DNA of 64,000 nt from Octopus sinensis (Eukaryota), in contig NC_042998.1 in assembly GCF_006345805.1 (NCBI RefSeq), positions 104,160,001-104,224,000 of the forward strand, written 5' to 3'. Below, one piece after another: positions 12,241-26,640 of this stretch; position 1 is the stretch's first letter; every line of letters begins with the position of its first letter. Both the position numbers and the translations under genes were made by a program. Under the pieces are notes generated by a model. It was not told the DNA's origin and searched no databases. It saw nothing but the letters and a program-made list of their open reading frames with translations.

Positions 12241-14689
12241 GAAGCTCAGCTCTGCTGAATTTATATAGTGTATGGATTAGTGATTCAGTCTTATTGCCCG
12301 TACTCTTCCTCCTACATCTCAACAATTCTCACTATTACGCGGGTGATACTATCAATGAATATTTCTTTAGCCTTCCGCAACCAAAACATTTCGTGCGTAG
12401 CTGCTGACCAGAGACCTCAAAACATCTTCCGATCAGATCGCGACAAATTTTGTTTCTTTCAACAAGTAAAAGACAGTCATTGAACATATCATGTACACAT
12501 AATCGCACCCACACCAGCCATGAACAACACTAAACAAATAAATAAATGCTAAAATTCATGATCTCTAAGCATCTTCTTTCGAATGCTTATCCTCAACATG
12601 GCAAAGAAATAGGCTTTTATTTAAGATCCTTAAAATACACCATTCGCCACTGACAATGACTAACCCGCAAAACGTATGTGAATCTCACAAAGACACACTG
12701 GTCCAACATCTTGAATGTTGTTGATGGAACACACCTATATCCGCGACTGCATTCAGAGAAAGATCACTCGACTGACGAGCATGTAGTCGCTCACCAACAA
12801 ACTCCAGCATCTGATCCACAGTCATGCTGTCTTTTCTATTCAGTTTTTCCCTCCGCTTTTATAACAGCCTCTATATCCCGGATCTTACTCGCTACGCCCC
12901 ATTCCATTCTGGCTCTCACCCATATTGTCTTCATTGTGTACGGACTCTATCTAATCACTACACCCAATCGTTCTGCACATGCTTTAACTTCAACCGTCTA
13001 CTTTCACCGGTTCATGTAGAATGTTAATAACACCGGTCCCCCTAATTTTGAAAGTCTGCAAAGACTATGAGTGCATAAATCTCATCAAACGCAAACGAAC
13101 TTCTTTGCTTTGTTTAAAGGGTTACTCTCCATTCTTCTTATTTTTTTTTAGATATAGTGTATCTAAGACTACATTCTCTAAAGTGCCATTTATTCTTTTA
13201 AACGACATAATGTGACATACCTGATAATGCTCGCAGGTCGGATGATCATGCAGTGGTTTACCTTGTTGGTTTCAGTGTGATAGTAACAACCAATCAATGT
13301 AAGATTATTATTTTTAGGCACTGTTAATATATTGAAACAAAACATCAGTAAAAATGTGCTTGCATCGTGATCCTATTACTGGGTGATATCTAAAGTTCAC
13401 ATGGACATCATTCGCTTCGGGATTGATTTTTCGTATTGTGAAGATAATAATGTATATGTTGGCATTAAAGAGAACACACAAATACATAGGTGTTTCTTTA
13501 GCTGCGTGTATGTGTGTATGTAGCTATACGTTTACGCGTCTGTACATAGAGAAAAATTCAGGCATGAACATACGCCCCAGATTAGCATTTTTACGCATAT
13601 ATAAAGAATATTGTTGATAGTTTGTATATTGCAAACAGCTACTGTGCGCATGTGCTAGTTTACACGAATGAATGATCTTGCTTGAACAATAGATGCCCAT
13701 AATGCTAATGGTGATGTGACTGGTAATGGGATGCTGGTGAGGGCAGTGGGTGTACAAAATAAGGGCTTACAACAGTATATGGCTACCTGTATGTTTGTGT
13801 GTGTGACTATGTGTGCATTTATGTGTGTGTATATATATAAATGTGTGTGTGTGCATAGGCTTACACTCAAGTATATATGAATATATGCATGTACGTGCGC
13901 GTGTATGTGTGTGTGTGTGAGCGTGTGTGGGTATAATATATATGTCCTTACATATAGATATATATCTGCGTATATATCTGCGTATATCTATGTACACATG
14001 CTTGTATTTGAGCATGTATACGTATATACATATAGTTACACACACACACATACAGACACACACATACACACATTCACACACACACATTCACAACACATAC
14101 AATAATATGCGTGCAAGCGTGTCTTTAATCGTGTGTACATGTGTGTGAATGTGTGAGTGTGAGTGTGTGTGCGTGATTGTATCTTTGAATGTGGGTAATC
14201 TGGAAAGAAGGAGGGAGGGGAAATGGGTGGCTGGGAAGGTTGAGGCGGGGGTACGGATATAGGCCGATCGTTGATGCCGGTCTAACTATCAATCATTAGA
14301 GTGAAGAACGCGGCCGTAACGAGTTCGCGCTTGTCTATAATTACCTTCTCCGCTTTAATCATATTAACATCACTAGAGCCTTCATCGTCAATCTGATGTA
14401 GTAGTATCCGAAGCGCTGACCCGTGGAACGAAAAAAAAGTGTGTGGGTGGGAGATGAGGCGTGGTGAGGCGTGGTGAGGCGAGGAGAGGATAGGCGGTTT
14501 GCGCTTTATGATGCGATGTGTGTTTGTGTGTGTATATGATGAGTATGTGTGAATTTGTGTGAATGTGTTTGTGTTAGAGCGCGTATATGTACATCTGTGT
14601 TTGTGTGTATGTGTGAGAGAAAGATTGTACGGGTGTTTGGGTATGTGGATGCAACGTGGGGTTGTGGATGAAGAAAAGTTGGATGTGTG

Positions 14690-14701
14690 TGTGTATGTGT
14701 A

Positions 14702-14739
<38 letters not shown>

Positions 14740-14918
14740 GCTGATAGTAGATGGCAGAAAAATGGTGGCAGCGGTAACAAAGACAACAATAATCACGACA
14801 GTGATAATGATTTTAATATTGGTAGAATAGCAGGGGTGATATTTGGTGGTGGTAGCTGTATAGGAAGTGATGATGATAATGATGGCGGCGGTGGTGGTGG
14901 TGGTGGTGGTGGTGGTGG

Positions 14919-14960
<42 letters not shown>

Positions 14961-15230
14961 CGACGATGGTGGTGGTGGTGGTGGTGGTGATGGTGATGAT
15001 GATGATGATGGTGATGCTGATGATGATGATGATGGCGGTGGTGGTGATGATGAATACCATGAAGCTAACGACGACGACGATGACAATGATGATGATGATG
15101 ATGATGGAGTTGGTGATAATGATGGCAATGGCGGTGAAGGTGGTGGTGACGATGACGATGATGATGATGATGATGATGATGACAATGATGACGATGATGA
15201 TGTTTATGAGAATGCTGTTGATGCTGGCGG
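14690..15230. repeat. (GT)n then compound (GGT)n/(GAT)n/(GAC)n trinucleotide array
   Basis: Directly visible. Confidence 0.95.
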
Positions 15231-15424
15231 TGATGAAACAAAGGAAATTATGAATAAATTCGAAGAGAATTGGACAAAATACTGCGACGAAAGACTAGTG
15301 GTCGATGTCGCTAAGATGGAGAGAGTGAAAGAGACGAGCGTGAGTACGTGAATGTGTATTTTTGAGTTTGTGCGCGTGAAAATGTGAGCACAGATGTATA
15401 TGCGTGTGTGAATGTTTGAGCTTA

Positions 15425-15465
<41 letters not shown>

Positions 15466-15544
15466 TGTGTGTGTGTGTGCGTGCGTGTGGGGGGTGAGAG
15501 AGAGAGAGAAAGGGGTGGTTGTTTGAATACGTGCTTTTGTGGAC

Positions 15545-15646
15545 TAGATAGATAGTCAAATAGATTGATAGATAGATAGATAAACATATATAGACATAGA
15601 GATATACATACATACATACAGACAGACTGACTGACAGATAGATAGG

Positions 15647-15694
<48 letters not shown>

Positions 15695-15799
15695 CTGTGG
15701 AGTGCATAGGTGGATAAATAAATAGAAAGATGAAAGGACAAATTGAAAGATATATCGATAAGTGATTTAGTAGATAGATAGGTTGGCAGATAGATAGAA

Positions 15800-15832
<33 letters not shown>

Positions 15833-15849
15833 TAGATAGATAGATAGAC

Positions 15850-15917
<68 letters not shown>

Positions 15918-15918
15918 G
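15545..15918. repeat. (GATA)n/(GACA)n tetranucleotide arrays
   Basis: Directly visible. Confidence 0.95.
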
Positions 15919-18601
15919 CAACAACTAAGTTAAATAGTATAAGGTTGGAAAGCAGGCTCTAGCACCGGGAAATTTTGGAGTTAGAAAAACTCCAAAATGG
16001 CAGTGATATTAAAAGGCAGCTGAAATATATACTGAAGCATTCGCTGCAGAAGTAGTATCATCAATAATGGTGACAGGAAAATTGTTCGCTGTTGTTGAAG
16101 CTGCAAGATTAATAGCAACAACACTTATATTAATGGATATAATGCTTGTGAAAAATTCCCGTTTGGGCTGTAATATGATGGACATTGATAGTATTCAGTG
16201 AAATATATTTAAAGTTGAATCTCAGACACTGGTAAGCATAAATGAATCGTTCCAAAACAGTTCAATATTTTCAAGCATCGTAGTTATATGGTCGATGTTT
16301 GATAAAGACAGATGACAAGGAAGTGAGTGAATATTATTGCATTACTCTAACTAGAAACTTGTGTAATAATGATAGAATTAATGGTGAAAATAATCAGTTA
16401 AAATCTGCTTTCTGGTGAGAACGAGAAAAAATTTCTCAGTAACTTATGCAAAACGAAACTGAATAATGCTCTCTATACGTTTATAACTATCCGACATTCT
16501 CTGAATAACAGCTGTCATTTTCTGGACTAAAAAAAAAAGGAAAGAGGAGAAAACATTAAATTAAATGTTAGTCAGAATATTGATTGTTGATGGCAAAACT
16601 AGTGGTCGATGGCAGCTTCTGTTCGAAGTCATTTAGAAGTTCCGTTCGAGGATAACGCATAAATCTAAGGTTGATTTTTTCCGTAGCTTCAACCTAGTCA
16701 GCTTTTGAATAAGTACATATTATAGCTGTTTTATTTTCTTTGTAGATCAGAGGATTAGATGCATAAATTTATAAGACCGATATTGAACTTATTAGTGAAG
16801 GCAGTAACTAAAGATTTCGTGCTATATAACATTTGTATGGTTGCATATGCAAGATTTTGCTAACGAAGCACCATAAGCGTTTCACTGTATTTAAAAACAT
16901 TTCCATCCATTGATACTCCAAGGGCATTTAAGATTAGACTTTATTGTCCGATACAGAATTTTTCCAGAGGAAATTCAGCTCATGAATTCTCTGAAGACAT
17001 TGGAATTGTATCAGATATATATTTGCATGGCAGACGATTATCTATGGGTATATTTTAAAAGCCTCTTGAATATGTTCAGTTATTTTCAGTTTTCATACGA
17101 ATAATATTTAAATCGCCCACCTATGCCAAACAGGAGACGAAACAGCAACATCAGTTCGAATAGATCGTATTTATCGAACTAATAGCTCAGGATTATTGAA
17201 TATGTAAATATATTGAGATTGTTTCCTCTATAGGTTACAGATTCCTCAAATATCATATGTATGCAGTTGAAACAGTTGAAACAAGAAGCTGGTTTTCCGA
17301 ATGCACGTCGACAGAAAGACTTTTTACGAACTGCAGTAGAATATATTGATTAATGAAGAACTTATCGAATGATAATAAACGATAACTGATAGCATATTCT
17401 TGAAGTATACTACTTAGTTTTAGTAGGAAATAATAAAGGATTGTAGAATCACTGCAAAATGTTGTTATTTATCAGAAAGAATAAGCTTTCCGAAAATAAC
17501 AGAAAAATCAGAGTTAATGTGTTAAGATTGATTCCATGGTACATGAGTGAGAATGTGTATGTGTTTGGAAAGAGAAGCTACGAGGATAATGCTAAGATAC
17601 GGTTTCTGTCATACTAAATGTATAAGATATCACGAATAAAGAGAATTAAAGTGAATTAGTTAGATGCGAGGAGTAAAAATAATTTAGCTTTCAGACACTT
17701 GTCCTTTTTCGAAAAGGAATATGTTTAAGGAAAGTACCGTAGTTACTTAGAATGAAACAAGCGTGACGTGTTATAATCACTTGGGAACTTCATAACAATT
17801 TCAAAGTCTTTGGTTGCAACATAATTCCTGCAGTCTAAAGATTCTTACATCAATATTTTATATAAACACATTAATACTAAAATCAAAATAATTGTCATCG
17901 TTGTTGATGTTGATATCATTGTCGCACAAATTCATGAATTAGAATTAAGCTATCTAAAGAAATTAGCATATTACTGCTAATGAAATCAGAGAAAATCTGA
18001 TTAACCAAACTCTCTAGAATGGATTCAATAGAGCAGATTGTTCTTGCAATAAGAAATGGTTATTCTCGAAATAAGAAAACTGTAGCTAGGTGTGAATGGT
18101 GTCTCTTCGGCATTATTATAAGGGTTAGTCTGTCCTACATGGGATGAAATACAAATGATCTTTACATAATGACATCTGTCTTCCTAACATTATGATAGTA
18201 GGTGCCAGCGTCGTATGTTCACAATGTGATCGATAGGCTCTTTATATAATTATCAAGAAAACCTAGTGCATTCGCAATTTGACACCCTAATGACGGGGAT
18301 CATGATTAAAGCTATTGCCAATTGATAAATGTCAATTAAATTTTTTTTCAACAAAAAATCTATTGCACCATGGATATTTAGTTCCATAAGCCAGGTGAAT
18401 AAAAGCCAGTCTTGTTCGAATTTTAAAGCTGAAATTCATTAGAATAAAGTGGTCTGGAGGTTGTATGGTCTGAAAAAGATTCTTCGTACTTTGCACGGTT
18501 CAATATGACCCGATATTCGCTAAAAGAATTGGAGATGTTGATTTTCTGTATTTTCTTTCCTTGGAAGAATTATCAGGCGCTTTATTAGAACGATTACGCG
18601 C

Positions 18602-18637
<36 letters not shown>

Positions 18638-18999
18638 GTAGAGAGAGAGAGGGGGGATGAACGAAAAAGAAAGAGGCAGGCAGACAGGTACGAACACACC
18701 AAAACAGGGAGAGAGTGGAGATACGAAAGCGTGTAAATCTGAAGTGGCCGCCACTGCTATGAACAACTCATAAAGCTCTCTTTACACTGTTCCTAACGCA
18801 AACACCGCCACCAACAACAATACTGTCACCGCGATCGTCTAACTTTGCTAAATCAACCCCTTTCTCCTACTCGTTTGCCCACGGATTCTTTCTATCTCTT
18901 CTCTCTGTGTATCTTTCTTTCTTTTTTTCACTTCGACAACATTTTCTTTATACATGTTTTTTTCTCTATTGGAGCCACACACTTTCTTCCTTACTCTCT

Positions 19000-19078
<79 letters not shown>

Positions 19079-19519
19079 GTTATTTTATACAATCACTCTA
19101 TTTTATATTTTTCTCTTTCTTTCCCTTCTTGTCACTGTTTTACTCTCTTCCTTTCTGTTTCGATCTCTCCCTCCGCCCAATCTCTCTCGCTCTATCTCTT
19201 CCACTGCTCCCTCTCTCTGATTACATCTGCTTTTCTTCTTTGTCTTTCTTCCCCCCTCTCTCTGTTTGATTGTCTTCCTTTACCTCTGTATCTCTTGGTC
19301 GCTCTAACACAAATACCTTTTCTTTCACCGCCTTTTCCTCCCTCCACCTCCTTCTCCCTCTCCATCTCTCCATCTTTCTTTCTGTCTATAATTTTAGGGC
19401 GACTGTCGTCGGGTGTAGCAAGCCTTGAGGACATCACGAATCATTGTCGTTCAAAATGACATCTGCGGTTTCATTGAAAAGCTTTCTTGGTATCATTGTT
19501 TTCTTTGACCAATTGGGTT

Positions 19520-19860
19520 TCACCTCCACCAAAACCACCGTCACTGCATCAGCATCAGCAGCAGCAGCAGCAGCAGCACCACCACCACCACCACCACCAC
19601 CACCGCCATCACAGCCTCCACCGCCATCACTCTCACCACTGTCGACATCACTAGCATCATCACAACCATCACAATCATTAATGCATTCGCCAACTCTACC
19701 ACCATCAACATCATTATTAAGATCACCACCATTATCGTTGTCACTCCTACCATCACCCTGCCATCATCACCATCACTACCATAATCGTATTCACTGCTAT
19801 CACCGTCGTCACTACCACCACAATCCCAATCATCATAACCAGCACTCCGTAATCATACAC
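19520..19860. repeat. (GCA)n/(CCA)n/(CAT)n trinucleotide low-complexity tract
   Basis: Directly visible. Confidence 0.85.
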
Positions 19861-19952
19861 TCAGATTAATACATTCATATATGCAAATATGCACAAACGT
19901 ACTCATTCGCCGATTCTCTTCACTTTCTCCCATACTCTCCACTCACTGTGTC

Positions 19953-19991
<39 letters not shown>

Positions 19992-20204
19992 AACACACGC
20001 ACTCACTATGTATTTCCATCACTATCAGTCAGCCTCACCCCAACCACTCTTCTCTTTTCTTTTTCCTATTTCTCTTTCTCATCATTCTGCACTCTTGCCC
20101 TTTCTCATATATTTTTTTTCACCGAGGGACAACACTTGCATATAAAAACACCCGTACTCACGCTCTTTCTCTCTCTCTTCCTCTTATTCTCTGTCTCTCG
20201 CTCT

Positions 20205-20206
20205 CC

Positions 20207-20291
<85 letters not shown>

Positions 20292-20386
20292 AATCTATCT
20301 ATCTATCTAAGATTTTATCTTCCTATTTATCAATCGCTTTTTCTTTCTCTTTTTCTCTCTTTCTCCCTCTCCCTATCTCTCTTACT

Positions 20387-20424
<38 letters not shown>

Positions 20425-20546
20425 GGTGTGTGTGTGTGTGTGTGTATCAGCCTATTGATTCCCATCCTTTTCAGTACTTATATTATGCTGTCCGTTTTTT
20501 TTCTCTATAGTGTGTACCCTGTCCATTACAAAACTGCTATTTGTGG

Positions 20547-20617
<71 letters not shown>

Positions 20618-20880
20618 GGTGTATACATTTCCGTTCTTGTCAGGGTTCAACAAAATCAGGTACTCCACCCAGTGACAGGTATCATTTAATAATTGTTGTC
20701 TGGAAGTTTGCAGGCCAATTCACACAGCTTGCTTTAATACAAGCTCCGCCAATTACTTTCCAATATATATCTATATATATAATGCATGTATGTACGTATG
20801 TATGCATGCATGTATGTATGTATGTATGCATGTATGTATGTATGTATGTATGTATGTATGTATGTATGTATGTATCATTT
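20205..20880. repeat. (CTAT)n, (TA)n, (TG)n and (TATG)n microsatellite cluster
   Basis: Directly visible. Confidence 0.9.
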
Positions 20881-21231
20881 AATATACACGATAATTTAAT
20901 GCGAGCTACTAGTCGTTTTATGCTGTAGAAGCCCAATAATTCGGCAAATTTATATTTCATGTCTTGAATCTCCGAGCAATCCTCAATCCTCGAATACACA
21001 ACGTGGCTCTGTCTATGAGAAGAAACTATAGAATGCGAGAGGAAGGTGAATGCAAAAGTTGGAATAAAAAAAGACATAAAGAGAGAACAAAAAGTAGAAA
21101 AACAACTTGTTTTAAATCTCTCAGCGAGAGATATACACTAACAGTACAGAATAGTAAAGTTTATTTGCCAACAGAACGTGGCGGTGCTCATATATTACGA
21201 TGTTACTGTTGTTTAAGCCCAGGCAAATATA

Positions 21232-21427
21232 TTTTCCAGATGGCTATCGACACAGTCTGTGTCCGTATAGTGTTTGCAAGGAAGGTCATCGCTCCCATTT
21301 CCAGCTTTACGGGATACTCACGTAAACCATCATTTGTGAGTATCACGCAAAGCTGGAGATAGGAGCAATGACCTCCATTGCAAACACTATAAGAAGTCAG
21401 ACTGTGTGTGGATAGCCAGCTGGAAAA
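21232..21427. repeat. imperfect inverted repeat (90/92-nt arms, 14-nt spacer)
   Basis: 21232-21321 matches the reverse complement of 21336-21427 at about 77 of 90 positions plus one 2-nt gap (hand alignment). Confidence 0.93.
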
Positions 21428-21720
21428 GATGTTTTCCTTAAATAGCAATAATAACGCCCTTTATAAGACCGCCACATTCTGTTGGCATATAAACTTTAAT
21501 AAAAGCAGAAAAAAACCCCAAAATAAATGAAATAAAACCAAAAGTTGGCTTCCCTTTGTCTGTTGTAATTATAGTTAATCTAGCAAGTATAGAATGATTC
21601 AACGGGAAGAAGGCCAAAGCCTGTGAGACATCATGCTGAATCCGAAGGGGGTTTTAGACAGCAGAAATGTTTTTGTATGCTTGCAGTTGCTAAACATTTC
21701 AGCTCTAGAATTAGAGTTCT

Positions 21721-21810
21721 GAGAATATAATGTTTGCTGTAAATAGCACTGAGAATATGTTTTCTGAGAATATAATGTTTGCTGTAAATAGCACTGAGAA
21801 TATGTTTTCT
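21721..21810. repeat. perfect 2 x 45-bp tandem duplication
   Basis: Unit gagaatataatgtttgctgtaaatagcactgagaatatgttttct repeated twice. Confidence 0.95.
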
Positions 21811-22167
21811 GGCTCTATACATGGTTTGTGTATGAAGCCAACACTTAAATATGTCTACTTCATATGCATAGTAAAGATCGACGCTCAAAAGTATGCCTCC
21901 ATGATATGCATAATAAAAGCCGATGCTATTCACTACATCAATCCCTAACTGTCCCGTTTTTAATGAAAAGCTTTTGAATAATACTACTTGTAAACAATTT
22001 ACGGCGCCATGATTAAGCAAACTTAAAGAAGAAACTCGATTCTTTTACATAAATATTCTCAAAAAACATGCTGATGAAGACTCCATGTGTCCGTTGTTTG
22101 TTTTGAAACACATAAGTAGTAATGATATTTAGCTAATGTCTTCAGAAATTCGTTTCTTTTAGTCGAC

Positions 22168-22610
22168 ATCCACTCACAAGGCTTTGGTTGCCTGTAGAAG
22201 ACACTTACCCAAAGTGTGACGCAGTAGAAGTGAACCCGGAACCATATGGCTGGGAATCAAACTTCTTACCACACAACCTGCACCTACACACACATACACA
22301 CACACACACACACACACGCACACACACACACACACACTCATATATATATATATATGCATCTTTTATCTTTTACTTGTTTCAGTCATTTTGACTGCAGCCA
22401 TGCTGGGGTACCATCATGAAGAAATGTACTCGAACGCCCCGACTTCTTTTACGAGAGCGTAAACACACAAACACCGGCTGTAGTGGAGGGACAAACACAG
22501 ACACAAAGTTACACACATACACACACACATGTGTGTATATACGGTGGGCGCCTTTCGGTTTTCTCCCTCAAAATCCACTGACACAGCTTTGTCAGCCCGA
22601 AGCTATAGCA
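22168..22610 (-). mobile_element. rearranged or decayed SINE family B fragments
   Basis: ccactcacaaggctttggttgcc...gaacccggaaccatatgg head fragment, tail fragment tttacttgtttcagtcattttgactgcagccatgctgg, and a second decayed body with aaatccactgacacagctttgtc. Confidence 0.7.
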
Positions 22611-23005
22611 CTGGTGGGTATTGGAATACTCCTGGCTTTGAGTAAAAGAAAATACAGGAGGATCAGTTAATTATAATTTTATTCAATATGTTCCCCTCTC
22701 AGATTTACACACGTATTGCAGGAAGGCTGGGCCTTCAACCAGGTCTATCACGACACCCTTAAAGCCAGGAATTTTTCAGCAACCCTTCGTAAAAGAAAAG
22801 TTGCCTAAGGTTCCACACGTTGGGACAGAGCAACATTTTATATGTTTTTCTACGAAAAGTTATTTCATTTCAATTGCAGTGAAGATGTCTTAAAGTTATG
22901 TCTTAATGGGACAACAATACTTGTAACTTCTCCAGAGTGACATTCTTAAGGAGAAAACAATATTCTTTAAGCGATTTTCTCCTTAAAGAGAGTAAAAAGG
23001 AGGGA

Positions 23006-23046
<41 letters not shown>

Positions 23047-23520
23047 ACACACACACAAATACACGTACGCTACACTTTGATCTTAGCCTAAAGATTTGAG
23101 AAAAACGGAGAATGACAGAGAGGGGGAAGGAGAGAGATTATATTTCTTTAATTTAAAAAATTGCATTCAATTTTGCCTTTAGTTCTTCTTCAATGAAATT
23201 TGTCAAAATAATTAAAGTGGTAATAATGGTGGTGTAAGCGGTGGCTTAAGTTGTAGTAGCAGTAGTAGTAGTAGTAGTAGTAGCAGCAGCAGCAGTAGTA
23301 GTAGTAGTTGTAGTAGTAGTAGTATTAGTAGTAGTATTAGTAGTAGTAGTGGTGGTGGTGGTGGTGGTTGTGGCGATGGTGGTGATTGTTGTTGTAGTAG
23401 TAGTAATGGTGGTGAAGGTAGTAGTAATAGTGGTGGTGGTGGTATTGGTTATAGTGTCGGTACCAGAAAAATGAACACGATCAACAGAGCACCACTTTTA
23501 CCACCATCACCATCATCGCC

Positions 23521-23551
<31 letters not shown>

Positions 23552-23959
23552 GCTGAAGTGGACGATTACAAACTGAAGGGAGAGGGAAGGAAGTGGATGT
23601 CAAGGAGAAAGTGGAGGGCAGGTGTTGTTGACAGGAAAGCAAGTGAGAGTGAAAGAGTGATGTGAATGAAAGTTCCCTACTTAAGGACCCAACCACAAAA
23701 CAAACCTCTTCATAGAAAACAGAACAAAGGCATAGACAGCAGAGAGCGTATATACCTACTCACACAGTGAGTGCGCACTTATACAGATTACTTCACTTCA
23801 GACTACAAATATATCATGAATGAATAAAGAAAGGCACAATGACCAGTAATATATACATGCGCGCACATACGCAAACACACGCGCGCATAAATACATGCAA
23901 AATAATTACACATATACACATGCATACTCACGCGCACACACGGGCAGACACACACACGG

Positions 23960-23999
<40 letters not shown>

Positions 24000-24494
24000 G
24001 CACGCACGCACAACACACACGCACAAGCACACATGCACACACATATATTCATACGGTGGGAAAGTGTAGTGACGGTTGCTTCTGATAGGAAACCCTAAGG
24101 AGGACATGCCTGAAGACTCTACACCCGCGACCCCCTTCAAGAACAGTGGATGAGAAAATCGATGGGTTGATATGTGGGAATCTATTAGTTGGACGCCGAA
24201 TTCTTCGAAAGATGATTTATAATACAAGAAGATGGAATGAACAAGCATTGATCCATATTACAATTGTTTCTGCGCATTAGCAAAACCCCCTTACTTCCAG
24301 AGTGTTTCACATACAACATATATTATTATATTTATATTTTATGTGTATATTAGGGCAAACATGTTTTCTCTCTCCCCTCTCTCTCTTTTTTCTCTCTCTG
24401 TCTGTATATACATACATGCATACATACATACATACATGCATACATACATACATATATATATATGCATGCATACATACATACATACATACATACA

Positions 24495-24530
<36 letters not shown>

Positions 24531-25390
24531 TATATATATTAATTAAAGGAAATAGAGAAATACAATTGACATATAAATGTATTAGCAATATATTATAATA
24601 TAATCATATTATAAAAAGGTATAATATAACAAATAATTGAAGCATATATGTAAACTAGAATTTGCTTTGATTCATATCCACTAGTGAATTTATTAAATAT
24701 TCGTATTTATGCATATGAAGCTAGTCAGGATAAAATTTTTCCAAAAGAAAAAGAGACAAAAATTACATGCAAGGACTGCTAGATCATAAAATAGACTGAT
24801 TTTAAATACACCTATGTTTACAAGCGAGAGCGTTACTAATTTAAAAATATAATAAATATAATAAAAACAAAACCAAAATTCAAATAGATAAAATAAATTA
24901 AATAAACAAAACAATTACGACGGCCGGAAAATGTTCTTATACATTTTTAATAATATTAATTTAAAGATATTTTAATCTAAAATAATCACTGCCCATTTTT
25001 ATTATATAAAATCTATATAATATGTTAAGAATTTATGGTGGAATAGGAAATACATATTTATTTAAATTTATATATACTATTATGAAAAGATAAATAAGGA
25101 TATATTTTATTCACACACGAAATACATTAAAGTAAACTTTTAATCAAGGATTCATTATTCTAAGGTTTCTACTAAATACGCCGATGCTAAACAAATGCAT
25201 AAATTACGATTATTATAAACTATACTATTTCTTACATAAAAAAGTTAATGATATATAAATAAATTGTCTGAATGTTACTTAGTTTTACAGAAGAAAATAA
25301 ATTAGAGTAAGCTAATAGTTTTATATTTCTATAGTTTTTATGTGCATATAAGTTCGAAAGAACATAATCGTATGATATATACTGAATATT

Positions 25391-25622
25391 TTTTTCTTTC
25401 TTGTCCGCAAGGGGCTAAACATAGACAGGACAAACAAGGACAAACGAAGGGATTAAGTCGGTTACATTGACCCCAGTGCGTTACTGGTATTTAGTTAATC
25501 GACCTCGAAAGGATGAAAGGCAAAGTCGACCTCGAGGGAATTTGAACTCAAAACGTAGCGGCAGACGAAATGCCGCTAAACATTTCAGCCGGTGTGCTAA
25601 CGATTCTGCCAGCTCACCGCCT
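25391..25622 (-). mobile_element. SINE family A (tail type 1) with 18-bp target-site duplication
   Basis: Homologous to 2386-2618; TSD tgatatatact(g/a)aatatt at 25373-25390 and 25623-25640. Confidence 0.92.
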
Positions 25623-25979
25623 TGATATATACTAAATATTATTATAGGAGCTACAAGAAATATTCATAAATGCATAACTATTCAATAAGATGCATAATTA
25701 AGGCACATACAAAAATTATTGAGGAAACTTTTATCCTTAAATCTACAAACAAAAGTTGTAGCGACATAATTATCAGTAATAGAATTATTATTTCTATTAT
25801 TATGAAAAATGTCTAATTTTTTGTTATTAATTGAAGATATAATTCTAAACAAATTTTTCGATACTCAAAAGTCAATTCGGATCTCTTTATCATATATTAT
25901 TATATTATATTTATTTTCTTTATTGAAACGTTTAGATATACATCTGTAAAAAAGCTTAACGAAATTAGTCTTTATTTGT

Positions 25980-26640
25980 CTTGCATAAGGGATAATAAAC
26001 CAAACGTTATTTTCAGTTACAGAATTAATGGTTTTAAGTGAATCAAAACCTGTATATGGGGTATACTTTTTAGTCTTAAACTTAAGCCTATTTTCATATA
26101 GAATATTATAATTACCATACTTTTCTTATTCCTACCACTACTATAATTACAATTATTTTTTATCATTAATAGCATCAATATTATTACGATAATACAAACT
26201 TGGTGTATCTACATTATTGGTTTTGATTTAGAACATACATTTACACTATATTTCATTCTGCTCTTACTTTGATTATCTTCAGATTCTGTAGTGGTTAATT
26301 TATAAATTATCTCATCTACTTTATTACTATTTATATTTTTATGAGATTTATGAATTTTAATTTTATTACTCACATCACTACTATTAGATCCACACACCCC
26401 GTTGTCTACCGATTTACCATATTATAATAATATTTTTTATTGTCTTCATTTCTATTACAATATACAATCCTGAGCATATAACCTGCTTTTTTAAGGTCTA
26501 CGTTATAATATTCTGCATTATAATAAAGATTTCCTCATTAAAAGATAAATATGAAACACGCCTCGAAATATCATTAACTAAAGTTCGTGTAATTGCTTTC
26601 CGATTTTTTCTCTACTATATTGTGTTATTTAACTGAAGAA
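25980..26640 (-). pseudogene. old Penelope-like element relic (RT thumb to GIY-YIG region)
   Basis: Minus-strand peptides AITRTLVNDISRRVSYLSFNEEIF and NAEYYNVDLKKAGY resemble KRISSLSFDRNIF..APIYNKALKDSGF of the PLE at 59.4 kb. IIYKLTTTES weakly resembles the endonuclease IIFEATV segment. Confidence 0.5.

Noticed and set aside
14836-15351. 171-aa poly-Gly/poly-Asp ORF ending in a short complex peptide with gtgagt nearby
   Set aside because: It is a compound GGT/GAT microsatellite open in several frames; there is no recognisable domain or acceptor site.
15972-15998. 11-bp hairpin attttggagtt/aactccaaaat
   Set aside because: Too short and AT-rich to exceed chance in 64 kb; no supporting context.
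16010-16212. About 67-codon stop-free minus frame (TEYYQCPSYYSPNGEFFTSII...)
   Set aside because: No start codon, no clear splice sites and no recognisable motif; length is within chance expectation.
19444-19869. Poly-Ala/Pro/His ORF resembling a transcription-factor low-complexity region
   Set aside because: Built from GCA/CCA/CAT repeats with no folded domain. The upstream pyrimidine tract is (TC)n, and the candidate exon after ttttag has stops in all frames.
21721-21810. Direct repeats as a CRISPR array
   Set aside because: Only two abutting units, no spacers, no cas genes, and a eukaryotic context.
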